Position numbers and translations under genes: made by a program. From Prasinococcaceae sp. CCMP 1430 (Eukaryota > Plantae > Prasinodermophyta), in the NCBI GenBank assembly GCA_013416795.1, contig RQSC01000009.1, forward strand, positions 99,146 to 163,145: DNA of 64,000 nt, read 5' to 3'. Of the stretch, positions 54,010 through 64,000 are shown piece by piece (position 1 is the first letter of the stretch; every line of letters begins with the position of its first letter). Under the pieces are notes generated by a model. That model had not been told where the DNA came from. It searched no databases and worked only from the letters and a program-made list of their open reading frames with translations.

Positions 54010-55395
54010 AGGAGCGCGGCCCCGTCAGCTTCCGCGTCGTGCGCGCCAACCTGCGCATCGGCTCGCTCACTCTCGACTCGCTTGTGTGGAAGAATGGCAT
54101 GGCCGACTGGCGGCCCGCGCGTGACGTGCCTCTCTTTCGCGCGGCCGTCGCTGCCGGGGGTTCTCCCATGTTTGCAGGGGGCGTCACTCCCACGGCCAGG
54201 CGCGGCGCGGGCGGTGCCGACGCTGCGAATGGCGTGACGCCCAGCGCCGTGCCGCCCGTGACGCCAGCGGCTGCGAAAGCACAGGTACGCGCGCGCGCTC
54301 GCCGGGCGAGCACGCATTCACCGGCGTCGCGCGGTTGGCGGTGACGCCTGCGGCGGTGAATATTGCAACTCCTGTGGCTCGGAGCGCTCGCGCTGCTGCG
54401 TGCCCCGCCCGACGCGCTGACACATACAACGCCCCACATGTCTCGCCTAGGCGACTTCGGCAGCGGCAGCCACCCCCGGCTTTGTAGAGGGCACCGGCGT
54501 GGCCACTACAACACCGGCACCGTCGAAGACGGTGCGCCGCCTCCGGATGGCTAACCCCGAAGAATGGTGGTACCTCGGCGCGGGTGGGGTGGAAATGGGG
54601 CCGTACGGCGTTGGCGAGGTGCGCTCGATGCTCAACGACGGCACCATCACGCAGCACACGTGGGTGTGGGGTGGGGCGACAGGCAGGTGGGCGAGGGTCC
54701 TGGACTTGCCGCCACAGCTGATGACTGCGACGGACGGGGGCCCGCAGTCCGTACGCGCGGACGGGCCTGCGGGCGCGGCTGTTGGCGGCGAGTTCATGTC
54801 ACGAGGCCCTCACATGAATGGGATGGGCACAGGCCCTACTCTCCACCAGCCGCCCCCCATGTCGCCGATGCGCGCCCACGGGGACGCGCTGGCGACCGAG
54901 CTGGCAGAGTGCAAGGCGGCGCTCTCAAAGACGCACGAGCTGCTCGTCGCGAAAGACGCGAAACTCAAAAAGTACAAGGCCAAGTTGCGGCAGGCAGGCG
55001 ATGAACTGCGCGCGCGTGACGGCGAGCTGGCTGTGCTCAGAGAAATGCTGGCGCAAGCGCGCGAAATGGCAGTCGGGGTCGGCGTGCACGCAAGTGGTGC
55101 GGTCGCCGCGCGCGTGCCAGTGCGGACGCCAACGCACACGAATGGTGCCGTCCACGCAAGCGATCCGATGCAGACGCCAATGCAAGGGTCGGAGCCCATG
55201 CAGAAGGCGTACACACGTGCTCAGCAGGTGCGATCATCACCGCAAGTGGCATGGGCTGCACAGGAGCGGGGGGGTTGCGGCGCGCCCGCAGGTGACGGCG
55301 GCGCCACGGGCGAGGTCAGTGGCGCAGGCTCGGTCGGCCTGAGCTCGGCCGAGATCGCATCGATCAAGGCTCTGCTGTCCGCCGTTGCGGTATGA
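54010..55395 (+). CDS. Protein with two GYF_2-like domains and a coiled coil (exons about 54010-54284 and 54451-55395; first exon not found)
   Basis: GPVSF...LTLDSLVWKNGMADWRP and WWYL...MGPYGVGEV...ITQHTWVWG...WARV. The phase-0 intron 54285-54450 is in frame. Confidence 0.7.
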
Positions 55396-55674
55396 CCCGC
55401 GCCCCCGTTGCCTTGGTCGGGCGGTGGTCAAGGCACGCCGGGCTCCTGGCGTCTCTCAGAGAATCGGCGCCGATGCGCGGCCCGCGGCGCAAATCAGCGT
55501 AGGCAGCTGCCGCGGCAGCGCGTGCGCGCCGCCATAATCCAGCACACTCGCATCCAATACCTTCGAGACGAATGAGTCGAGGCGCGTCGCCGCGGCTCGA
55601 GTCTTGCATCGAGGAAGGGATGCTTATAGCTATGTTACAAGGAAAATGCGCGCGGGGCGGGATGGTGAGCAGCA

Positions 55675-56144
55675 TCATCTCGACGAACGCTTCTTCTTCT
55701 TCTGCGGCGTGGCGCCATTCTTCCCCTGGCCCTTGCCGCCGTTGCCCTTCCCCTTACTTTTGTCGCCATCGCCAACGGCCTCCTGTTGCGCGCGCCCCAC
55801 GCACGCGCCGAGGAGAGGGTCAGGGGGCATGGTGGCGGCGAATCGCACGCTTGAGCGCGCTCTTGCACCCTAACAGCCCGATCGGCGAAGGCGGGGCTCC
55901 AAGCGCGCACACGGACCTTGCCGTCCAGCTTCTCCGCGGAGGGCAGCCACTTCACCGGGTTCTGGTTGAAATATGGCCAGTCGGGCACCGCCGCGACGAA
56001 CGCCAGCAGCACCCCCGCTGCGTACACCACGAGCATGAGGTTGTAGCTCTCGCGCACGTAGCCAATCACCAGCGCGAGCAGCATGAACGCGAACACGATG
56101 CCCTGGTAGAGCTGCTCGCTGAGCTCCTGCCCCTTGAAGTCCAT
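55675..56144 (-). CDS. SPCS1: Signal peptidase complex subunit 1 (SPC12) (exons 56144-55917, 55782-55675)
   Basis: MDFKGQELSEQLYQGI...IGYVRESY...VPDWPYFNQNPVKWL is the SPC12 signature. Confidence 0.9.
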
Positions 56145-56354
56145 GGCCGCGGGCGGCGCGGCGCGGCGCGGCGCGCGCGGCGCAGCGCGGGCTTCTCTCT
56201 CAGGCCGCAGTCCAGAGCAGACACAGTCCGTAGCTGCTGGTGCGCGCGCGGCGGCGCCCACTCCCGCGCCTGCCCGGCGCGGCGGGGGGTGAAACGACGG
56301 CCACGGCGAAGGCGCGCGGCCGCCCCATTCGCGCCGCGCGCGGCGCGCGCTCAC

Positions 56355-56660
56355 CTTGTCGTAGTGGTTGTCACTCCAGATGGGCTCCTCCATGCTCTGC
56401 CAGACCTTAAACGCCTTGAGGCGAGACTCGAGCAGCCATTCGGGCTCCCCCTTCTTCGCGGAGATGAGGCGCACGGTATCCTCGGTGAGACCCTTGTCGA
56501 TGGTCTCAGACTCGATCTCCGTCTTCCACCCGTGCTTGTACGGCTTTGCGAGCAGCTTGTTGAGCCGCTCGGTCTCGGTGAGCTCCTCCTCTTCGGCCGC
56601 CGGCGCCGCGGCGGCGCCCGACGCCGCCGTCTCCGCGCCTACGCCAACAGCAGCCGCCAT
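56355..56660 (-). CDS. SUFB: First exon only of Fe-S assembly scaffold SufB
   Basis: KPYKHGWKTEIESETIDKGLTEDTVRLISAKKGEPEWLLESRLKAFKVWQSMEEPIWS followed by a GTGAGC donor. No downstream SufB exon is found in the window. Confidence 0.85.
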
Positions 56661-56892
56661 CAAAACGCACTCGGCCTGCGCGGCCCATGCGAACTGATGG
56701 CGCCGCGCCGCTCCGCCTTTTTTTTCCGCGTGCTTTTCGGGCGAATATTCGCGGCAAAAGAAAGCGCGCGAAAGAAAACAGAAACAGGGGCGACGCGCTG
56801 CTGGAGGGGGCGCGTGGCCAGCGGGCGGTCTTACACGAGCCGAGCCAGGCGCGGCGCTGCGGCTGCTGGGGCCCTCGGCGCTGGCATCGCGC

Positions 56893-57964
56893 TCACGCCG
56901 CCTTGATGCACTCGTCGACGTCCGCCGGTGCGAAGATGAGCTCGCCGTTGCTCTCCAGCTGGACCTGGTAGACGGCCGCGGGGTCCCCTGCAGCCCACTG
57001 CGGGTGGCGCCACCAGTGGGCGACGACCTTCCCGTGGACGAGCTCGCCCGCGTTGCACACAACGCGCGTGCCGACTGCGAAGCGCGGGGTGGCGCCACAC
57101 ACGTCCAGCACGCTGTCGAGCACTTCAATCGCGCCGTGCTCCCTAACTCCCGCAAATCCCGGGCCCTCCGCCCAACCGCGAAGAAAGAACGCCAACTCCG
57201 CGCGCTTCGTGTCGCCATCAGCGCCCGGATCGCAGCACAGGCAGGCCACCGCCGCGGCCATGCCCATGCCGCGGTTCAAGTTGAAGATGTTGAAACCCTT
57301 GCCAGCTGCGTTTTTCGCATTCTCTGCGTGCCGCTTCAGGCTCTCGCCAAGCGATATGAGCGTGCGCGCGGACAGCGGCGCACGAGAGCCATCCGACACC
57401 GCCGACAGCATGGTGTGCGTGCGCTTGATCGCGAGGCTCATGTCGCCCGCCGCGCCGATCGCAGCAGCACACGCCTCGTCGATGAGGTCCATCTCCGCCG
57501 CGACCGCCGGCGGCGGCGCTCCGGCTGTGCTCATGTCGACGTCCCCGGACTCAGCCGACTGCATCGCCATGCACACGGCCTCCGCCGCGTCGAGGTACGC
57601 GTTGTAGGCTGCGACGACATCGTCGAGGTCACCGTCAGCGCCTGCTGCGAGAATCACATCCCACGTGAGTGCCGTCGGCGGCATGAAGTTCAAGCCCACT
57701 GTGCTACTGTCTACTGCCTCGGTCGCCGCGATGAGCGCGTCGATGTAGGCACGGTACGCGGCGAGCGCCTCCTTGCGCGCTCCGCCCACCACTGCCTTGC
57801 GCGCCGCGGCGAGCTCCACAGCGGCGGGTTCGTTCGCCCCCGCGCCCCCGCCCACTCCCGCTCCAACTTCCGCACTCGCGCTCGCCCGCCCCGTGATCCC
57901 ACACCGGCGCGCTTGCCGCGCCAGCCTCGGCGCCGCCGCACGCCCCGGCCGCCTCGCAGCGCCC
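56893..57964 (-). CDS. Hypothetical protein with a C-terminal SH3/KOW-like domain; 5' end lost at a single N
   Basis: Long frame ending PRFAVGTRVVCNAGELVHGKVVAHWW...AVYQVQLESNGELIFAPADVDECIKAA. Confidence 0.65.
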
Positions 57965-58051
57965 NTGTGACACTTGGTAAGGGCATGTACACGTACTATT
58001 ACAAAGTCGTACAACAGGGGCACAGCCGTGGGCCGACGCCATGGACCGGCG

Positions 58052-58406
58052 TCATGCGGCCTTGTCGTCAGCAGCGGCCCCGCTCACCGCCGAGGGCGCT
58101 TCGACTGCCCGCAGCTTGCGTTGCGGCAGCGCAGCCCGCAGCGCGGCGCCCCAGTCGCCGCCATTGGCGTGAGCGAGGTGAAGCGCCGCCACGCACTGGT
58201 CGACTGTCAGAATAGTGACCGACGGCACGCTGGCGCCCAGCGTCTCGGCCAGCGGCAGCCGCCGCGCACACACACCGCTCGCTCGCGCGCCGTTGAGTGT
58301 GGTCTGCACCGAGCGCTTGTAATCACAGAGCCCCCCTACGACGTACACAGCGTCCTTCGCGACCTCGCGCAGAGGCTCTTCCGCATCGGGGGACATGACG
58401 ACGATC
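58052..58406 (-). CDS. C-terminal exon of a TRM10-family tRNA m1G9 methyltransferase (SPOUT)
   Basis: MSPDAEEPL...[12 protein letters not shown]...ARRLPL...ILTVDQCV...[14 protein letters not shown], preceded by GCTGAC...CAG. The N-terminal half is absent. Confidence 0.75.
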
Positions 58407-58670
58407 CTGACGGGAGTTCCTCTCGCGGCTCCGCGCATCGTCAGCAACGCGCGGCGCCCGGCGACGACGAGGGAAGGAGAGAGGGACAGGGGGGGGTGGG
58501 GCGCGGCGCGGCGCGCGCCGTGGCACTTGTGGCGCGCCGCGCGCCGCTGCAGCCACCGTCGTGTCGCAGCCCCGCTCCGTTTCATCTTTTCTTTCGCGCA
58601 GCGGAAAATTCCGCTGCTCCTTTCCGCTGTATCTGTCAGAACCGACGAAAGGAAACTTTTTAAAATAATT

Positions 58671-60706
58671 TTAGTACACGCGCTGCGTGCGGCGCGGCGG
58701 CGAGCGGCGCGGCCGCTCGTGTCAGCGATGGGCACGCATGTCGGTGCGCGAGAGGGCCAAGGGAGGGAGGGGGGAAGGGGGCGCCAAAGCGAGGGGGGCG
58801 CGCGCGGAGGCAGCGCACGCAAAGGATCGAGCTCGAAAGGGCGGGCTGTCAGCGCTCTAGGCCCTTCACGCGCATCGCGTACCTTCACAGGCACCACGTG
58901 GTGCATCTCGTCGTCCAGCGGCTGGTCGTGCACGGGTCTGTAATCGAGGCGCGTCTTGCCGGTCGTCGCGTCTGTCCACCCGAGCGTGTGCTTCATCCAT
59001 TCCTTGTCATCACGGTCGGGATAGTCTTCGTGCGCGTGCGCGCCGCGCGACTCCTTGCGCGCCTCCGCCGAGTGCATGGTGATGGCCGCGTTCTCCAGCA
59101 GGTTCTGCAGCTCGAGCGTCTCAATGAGGTCCGAGTTCCACGTCATTGAGCGGTCGCTGATGCCCACGTCGTCGATGAACTCTCTGTAGATGGCGTCAAT
59201 CTCGGCGACGCCCTCCTTCATGGTCTCCGAGGTGCGGAACACCGCCGCGTTGTTCTGCATACTCCGCTGCAGCTTGCCCCGGAGCTGCGCCGTGGTCGAG
59301 CCGCCCTTGGAGTAGCGCAGCTTGTCGAGGCGCGCGATGTGCTCCTCGCCGAAGTTGGCCGGCAGCTCCTTGTGCGGGCGGCCGGGCGTGTCGGTCTCAG
59401 CGATGCGGTTGGCGCATGCGCGACCGAACACCACGATGTCGAGCAGCGAGTTGGCGCCCAGGCGGTTGGCGCCGTGCACCGACGCCGACGCGGCCTCGCC
59501 GGCCGCCAGCAGGCCCGGCACCACGCGGTCGGGGTCGTCCTTGGTGGGGCTGAGCACCTCGCCGTGGTAGTTGGTCGGGATGCCGCCCATGTTGTAGTGC
59601 ACGGTGGGAATCACGGGGATGGGCTCCTTGGTGACGTCGACGCCCGCGAAGATGGCGGCGGTCTCCGAGATGCCGGGCAAGCGCTCCGCGAGCGTCTCCG
59701 GCGGGATGTGATTCAAGTGCAGGTAGATGTGGTCCTTGTCGGGCCCAACGCCGCGGCCCGCGCGGATCTCCATGGTCATCGAGCGGCTCACGACGTCGCG
59801 CGAGGCGAGATCCTTTGCGGTGGGCGCGTAGCGCTCCATGAAGCGCTCGCCCTCCGAGTTGCGCAGGATGCCGCCCTCGCCGCGGCTACCCTCGGTGATG
59901 AGGCAGCCAGCGCCGTAGATGCCCGTGGGGTGGAACTGCACGAACTCGAGGTCCTGTAGCGGCAGGCCCGCGCGCGTCACCATCGCGCCGCCGTCGCCGG
60001 TGCATGTGTGCGCCGAGGTGGCGGAGAAGTACGCGCGGCCGTAGCCCCCCGTGGCGAGCACGGTCTTGTGCGAGCGGAAGCGGTGCAGCGTGCCGTCCTC
60101 CATGCACATGGCGAGCACGCCCACGCACTCGCCCTCGTCCATCAGCAGGTCGAGCGCGAAGTACTCCACGAAGAACTTGGTGTTGTGGCGCATGGCCTGG
60201 CCGTACAGCGTGTGCAGCAGCGCGTGTCCCGTGCGGTCGGCCGCGCACGCGCAGCGGTACGCCTGGCCGCCCTTGCCGAACTCCAGGGACTGCCCGCCGA
60301 ACGCACGCTGATAGATCTCGCCCTTCTCGTTCCTCGAGAACGGCAGGCCGTAGTTCTCCAGCTCGATCACCGCCTTCGGCGCCTCGCGGCACATGTACTG
60401 GATGGCGTCCTGGTCGCCCAGCCAGTCGGAGCCCTTGATGGTGTCGTACGCGTGCCAGCGCCAGTCATCCTCAGTGCGGTTGCCCAGCGCCGCGTTGATG
60501 CCGCCCTGCGCAGCGACGGTGTGCGAGCGCGTCGGGAAGAGCTTGGTGATGCACGCCGTGTTGAAGCCGTTCTCGCTCAGGCCGATGGCGGCGCGCAGGC
60601 CCGCGCCGCCGGCGCCCACCACCACCGCATCATACTCGTGATCGATCACTGTGTAGTCGCCCACCGTCGCCGTCTGGAGGCCGCGCGACGCAGCCGCGCC
60701 CTGCTT
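58671..60706 (-). CDS. SDH1: Succinate dehydrogenase flavoprotein subunit (exons about 60706-58883 and 58682-58671; first exon missing or in gap)
   Basis: [19 protein letters not shown]...[17 protein letters not shown]...[17 protein letters not shown]...[13 protein letters not shown]...ESRGAHA. Splicing gives the terminal VK|RVY-stop. Confidence 0.97.
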
Positions 60707-60835
60707 GGGAGGCGCGCGCGGTAGGGGCGGCCAGGCGGATCGCGTCGAGTCAGCGGCAGCTAGAGCGCGCGGTGAAGCGCCTATCCTCCTCGTCTCCTCC
60801 GCGCGCGCCTCGCCCAGCCCCGCGCCCCGCGCCCG

Positions 60836-60900
60836 CACACCACACCACACCACACCACACCACACCACACCACACCACACCACACCACACCACACCACAC
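60836..60900 (+). repeat. (CACAC)n pentanucleotide microsatellite running into an N-gap
   Basis: About 13 units read directly; same unit as at 17786-17812. Confidence 0.95.
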
Positions 60901-61662
60901 NNNNNNNNNNNNNNNNNNNNNNNNNNNNNNNNNNNNNNNNNNNNNNNNNNNNNNNNNNNNNNNNNNNNNNNNNNNNNNNNNNNNNNNNNNNNNNNNNNNN
61001 NNNNNNNNAGCCCCGAGCGAGCGCGCCTCCCCAAGGCCGCGGCCAGCGAGCCCGCCCCCGGTGGCGGCCGCGGCCCACCAACAGCCGCGGACGGCGCGCC
61101 GGCCGAGCAGTAGTAATACAGTAATTGCCGCGAGCCCCGCCTCCGTTTGGCGCGCGCGCGCGGTCCGCGACGGCCCGGCGTCGGGACGCGATGTTCCCAG
61201 TCATTCGCCCGCCTCGAGGGTGCCTGCTTGCTTGGTCGGGCGCGCAAAGACTTTGACTTTGTGTCAGATTGGCCGAAACGCCTTCTTGGATCTTGCTCGT
61301 GCTCTTTAGGCTGTGGTGCGTGGCAGGCGTGCGTGCGCGCGGCACGTACAGTACCATCAGATGGTACGTACCATCAAATGGCATGCGCGCCGCGCCGCGC
61401 GGGCGATGTGATGTGTCGCGCGCGGCCCCTCGCGCGCGCCGGCGAGGGCGCGCGCCGGCGAGGGCCCGAGAGCTGCGGTGGGGTCATGGGCGCCGGACCC
61501 CCACGGAGGGGGTCCCGCCGCCAATATCAGAATTACGGGGTAGTCAACAAAAAAAGGGCGAGGGCCGCGCGGGTCGCGCGACGCCCGGCTCTCTGGGGTA
61601 GGGTAGTAGGGGAGGGGGGAGGGGCCCGTGCTGCAGTGGGATGGCCGGCGCGGCATCGGGGC

Positions 61663-63102
61663 TTAGTTGCCCTTGCGCTGCTTCTCGACCTTCGCCTTGG
61701 TCTCGGCGGCGGCGATCTTCTGCAGGTCGAACATGCGCTCGAGCGCGTGCATGTTCTCGATGGTCTCCGCGACCGTGCGCACGTCGCCGTCCGAGCGCAG
61801 CGCCTGCATGGGCCCGTGCAGCAGCTTGTTCATCACGCCGCGCGAGAGCTCCTCCACCGCTTTGCGCTCCTTCTTCGTCAGGTCGCCCATCCTGCCCAGG
61901 GCCTTCTCCAGCTCCGACACGCGGATGTCCTCGGCCATCGAGCGAAGGCGCTTGATGGTGGGCACGGTCTCCAGCGAGTCCCTCCAGCTCTCGAAGGTCG
62001 CGAGCTCGTCCGCCAGCACGCCCTCGGCCATCTTGGCGCGGCGCAGGCGCTCCGCCTTGTTGGCCTCCACGACCTCCTTGAGGTCGTCCACGTTGTACAC
62101 GGCCGAACCCTCCAGGTCGGCCACCTCAGCCCCCACGTTGCGCGGCACGGAGATGTCGACGTACCGCCGCACGCCGTCCACGGCCGCGCTCGCAGCCGGC
62201 AGCCCCGCGCAGTTGTCCTCGGTGAGCAGCAGGTCGGTCGAGCCCGACGCAACGAACACCAAGTCTGACTCGCCCACCACCCGCAGCATCTCGGGCATCA
62301 GCTGGATGTCGAACTCGACGTCCGGGAAGTCCTCGGCCAGCGCCTCCGCGCGCGGCATGCTGCGGTTGAGCAGCGTCACCTTCTTGACGCCCTTGCTCTG
62401 TGCGTGCTTCACCAGCAGGCGGCTCATCGTGCCCGCGCCGATGATGGCGATGCTCGCGTCCTCGAGCGGCGCGTCGAGCTTCATCTGCATCAGCTCGACC
62501 GCCGCGGAGGACACCGACACCGCGCCCTCCGTCAGCCGGCACTCGGCGCGCGCGCGCTTGCCGCACGTCACCGCCTGCTTGAACAGCCCGTTGAGGTTGC
62601 GCCCGAACCCCTCGATGTCCTGCCCGAGCTGGTACACGTTCTTCACCTGCGCCAGGATCTGGCCCTCGCCGAGGACGAGCGACTCGAGGCCGCTCGACAC
62701 GCGCAGGAGGTGCATCACGGCGTCGCGGTCGCGCAGCACGAACAGGTACGGCGTGAGCTCCTCCTCGGTCACGCCGCCGTACTTGCACATCCAGTCCATG
62801 ACCTCCCGGGCGCCGCGCTGCCAGGACACGGCCTGCACGTACACCTCCATGCGGTTGCAGGTGGAGAGGATGCCGGCCTCCTCGATGTGGGGCATGGCCG
62901 TGAGCTCGGCGATGGCCGTCGCCCACTCCTGCTCGGGCACGGCCACCTTCTCGCGCAGCGAGACGGGCGTGGAGTGCACCGTCAGGCCGATCGAGATGAG
63001 GGCCGGCTTCTCGCTCACGTAGCGGTCCGCCCCGCCGTTGCCGAGCGCGGCGAGCGCGCGCGACGAGGACGCGGCCGACGCGGGCCGGTGCGAGACGGGC
63101 AT
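61663..63102 (-). CDS. HEMA: Glutamyl-tRNA reductase
   Basis: IGLTVHSTPVSLREKVA...LSTCNRMEVY...LVLGEGQILAQVK...IIGAGTM...YVDISVPRNV...NKLLHGPM. Confidence 0.96.
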   Translation of the reverse strand: MPVSHRPASAASSSRALAALGNGGADRYVSEKPALISIGLTVHSTPVSLREKVAVPEQEWATAIAELTAMPHIEEAGILSTCNRMEVYVQAVSWQRGAREVMDWMCKYGGVTEEELTPYLFVLRDRDAVMHLLRVSSGLESLVLGEGQILAQVKNVYQLGQDIEGFGRNLNGLFKQAVTCGKRARAECRLTEGAVSVSSAAVELMQMKLDAPLEDASIAIIGAGTMSRLLVKHAQSKGVKKVTLLNRSMPRAEALAEDFPDVEFDIQLMPEMLRVVGESDLVFVASGSTDLLLTEDNCAGLPAASAAVDGVRRYVDISVPRNVGAEVADLEGSAVYNVDDLKEVVEANKAERLRRAKMAEGVLADELATFESWRDSLETVPTIKRLRSMAEDIRVSELEKALGRMGDLTKKERKAVEELSRGVMNKLLHGPMQALRSDGDVRTVAETIENMHALERMFDLQKIAAAETKAKVEKQRKGN

Positions 63103-63110
63103 GCGCCCCN

Positions 63111-63377
63111 GGCGGCCGCTGCGGCCGCCGCACGCAGCATGATGTCGCGGTCCTCCTGCGATGCGAGGCTGGCGCGCGAGTCGCGCAGGAGCTCCTGCAG
63201 CTCAGTGCGCCGCCCTTCGGCCGCCAGGCGCGCGGCAGCCGCCGCATAGATGGTGCTCGCTCCCAGGCGAAACTCGGTTGTGACACGCAACGCGAGGCTC
63301 GACGCGTCGGGTCCACCAGCGACGAGCAGGGCCTCGGCCGCCGCTGCCCGCCGTGCGTGCACGCGCTTCTCGCGCAC
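63111..63377 (-). pseudogene. Isolated exon resembling the C-terminal region of spastizin (ZFYVE26/SPG15)
   Basis: RRAAAAEALLV...SLALRVTTEFRLGASTIYAAAAARLAAEGRRTELQELLRDSRASL...DRDIMLRAA resembles the conserved spastizin C-terminus. Preceded by a CAG acceptor and cut at a single N. Confidence 0.55.
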
Positions 63378-64000
63378 CTGCGCGCGTGTGAGGGCGTCGG
63401 ACGAGGTGGGGCGCTTGCGGGTGAGCACACGGCGCAGAGCGCGCAAGCAAGAGCACAGCGCGGTGATGGCGCGAAAGCACTCTCTAGCATGGACGCGCGC
63501 AAACTCGTACGTCTTCCTGATCACGCGCCACGAGGCCCCAGTCGGACGCCGGCCGCGCGCGCGCGTCGTCTGCCGACGTCCCGCGAAGCCGCGGCCGCAG
63601 GGCGCGCTTCCCCCGCGAATTCAAGCCCGGGCAATATAGCACCGCGCGGATTTCAAGCCCGCGGGACGCGGAGATCCGCCCGCGCGCCGCGCGCGCGCGA
63701 CGCCGAGATCCCGATCGCGCGCCCGCGCGGATTGCGGAATGGAACCCACGCGGAATCCACGCCGTTTTGCGGCTCTGCATGCGGAATCCACCCGCGGAAT
63801 CGCAGGCGAAAAAGGAAGGGGGGTCGGCGAGGCGGATGCCGCGCGCGCGCGCGCCGCGCGCGCGCGCGCGCGCGCATAGGGGTTCGCATGCCCACCGCCC
63901 GCGGGCTAATCCGCGCGACGACGACGCTTGTTCCGCGCGGCAATCTTTGTGGTTTCGAAATTGAGGGTTTGCAAAAACAAACAAACGGGGAGCGAAAAAG

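Larger units (their letters stand above)
1877..61008. other. Assembly gaps: N-runs at 1877-2792, 3245-3660, 5173-5547, 18259-18525, 23150-23655, 42865-43386, 60901-61008; single Ns at 32020, 52973, 57965 (and 63110)
   Basis: Read directly. The gaps sit mostly at very GC-rich gene 5' ends. Confidence 0.99.

Noticed and set aside
842-58882. Introns as possible introner elements (Micromonas-type repeated introns)
   Set aside because: Beyond the donor, branch site and generic (GC)n tracts, the introns share no extended similarity by eye. Short exon/intron end repeats at 16607/16744 and 10464/10339 are too short to call target-site duplications.
3233-61155. E2F-like TTTSSCGC sites near several genes
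   Set aside because: T-tracts abutting (CG)n runs are common in this genome, so the matches cannot be told from background without statistics.
58052-61384. 1110-aa ORF suggesting an SDH1-TRM10 fusion protein
   Set aside because: The frame reads through an intron; splicing 58882-58683 gives the normal SDH1 end (RVY-stop).

Overview
GC-rich, gene-dense eukaryotic nuclear DNA, most consistent with a prasinophyte-grade green alga. Evidence for this: plastid-targeted fibrillins, HEMA, a nuclear SufB exon and a Ycf49-like gene, plus short GT-AG introns with a GCTGAC branch site. It is a draft short-read assembly with 7 N-gaps, 4 single-N joins and 2 poly-G runs. About 35 coding loci are recognisable, including SRP19 (partial), VPS24, KNL1, TEM1/SPG1, CUL4, SPC25, SNM1, a DUF442-ETHE1 fusion, FANCD2, exportin-T, SMC1, a DadA-like oxidoreductase, a rhomboid, SPCS1, SDH1 and HEMA. 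The best leads are: (1) a small KEN-box / D-box-like / MR-tail protein resembling plant UVI4/OSD1-type APC/C inhibitors, lying close to KNL1; (2) a KNL1 carrying three successive families of non-canonical MELT-like repeats; (3) a eukaryotic Blh-like DUF442-persulfide dioxygenase fusion; (4) several intergenic foldbacks and a recurring CCATCAAAA motif; (5) a spliced mariner-like transposase relic; (6) apparent clustering of mitosis and DNA-repair genes. Several genes are truncated or spliced onto unrelated genes (SRP19, SufB, VPS13, TRM10, SPG15), which is most probably misassembly. All protein identities come from motif recognition by eye; no database searches were run.
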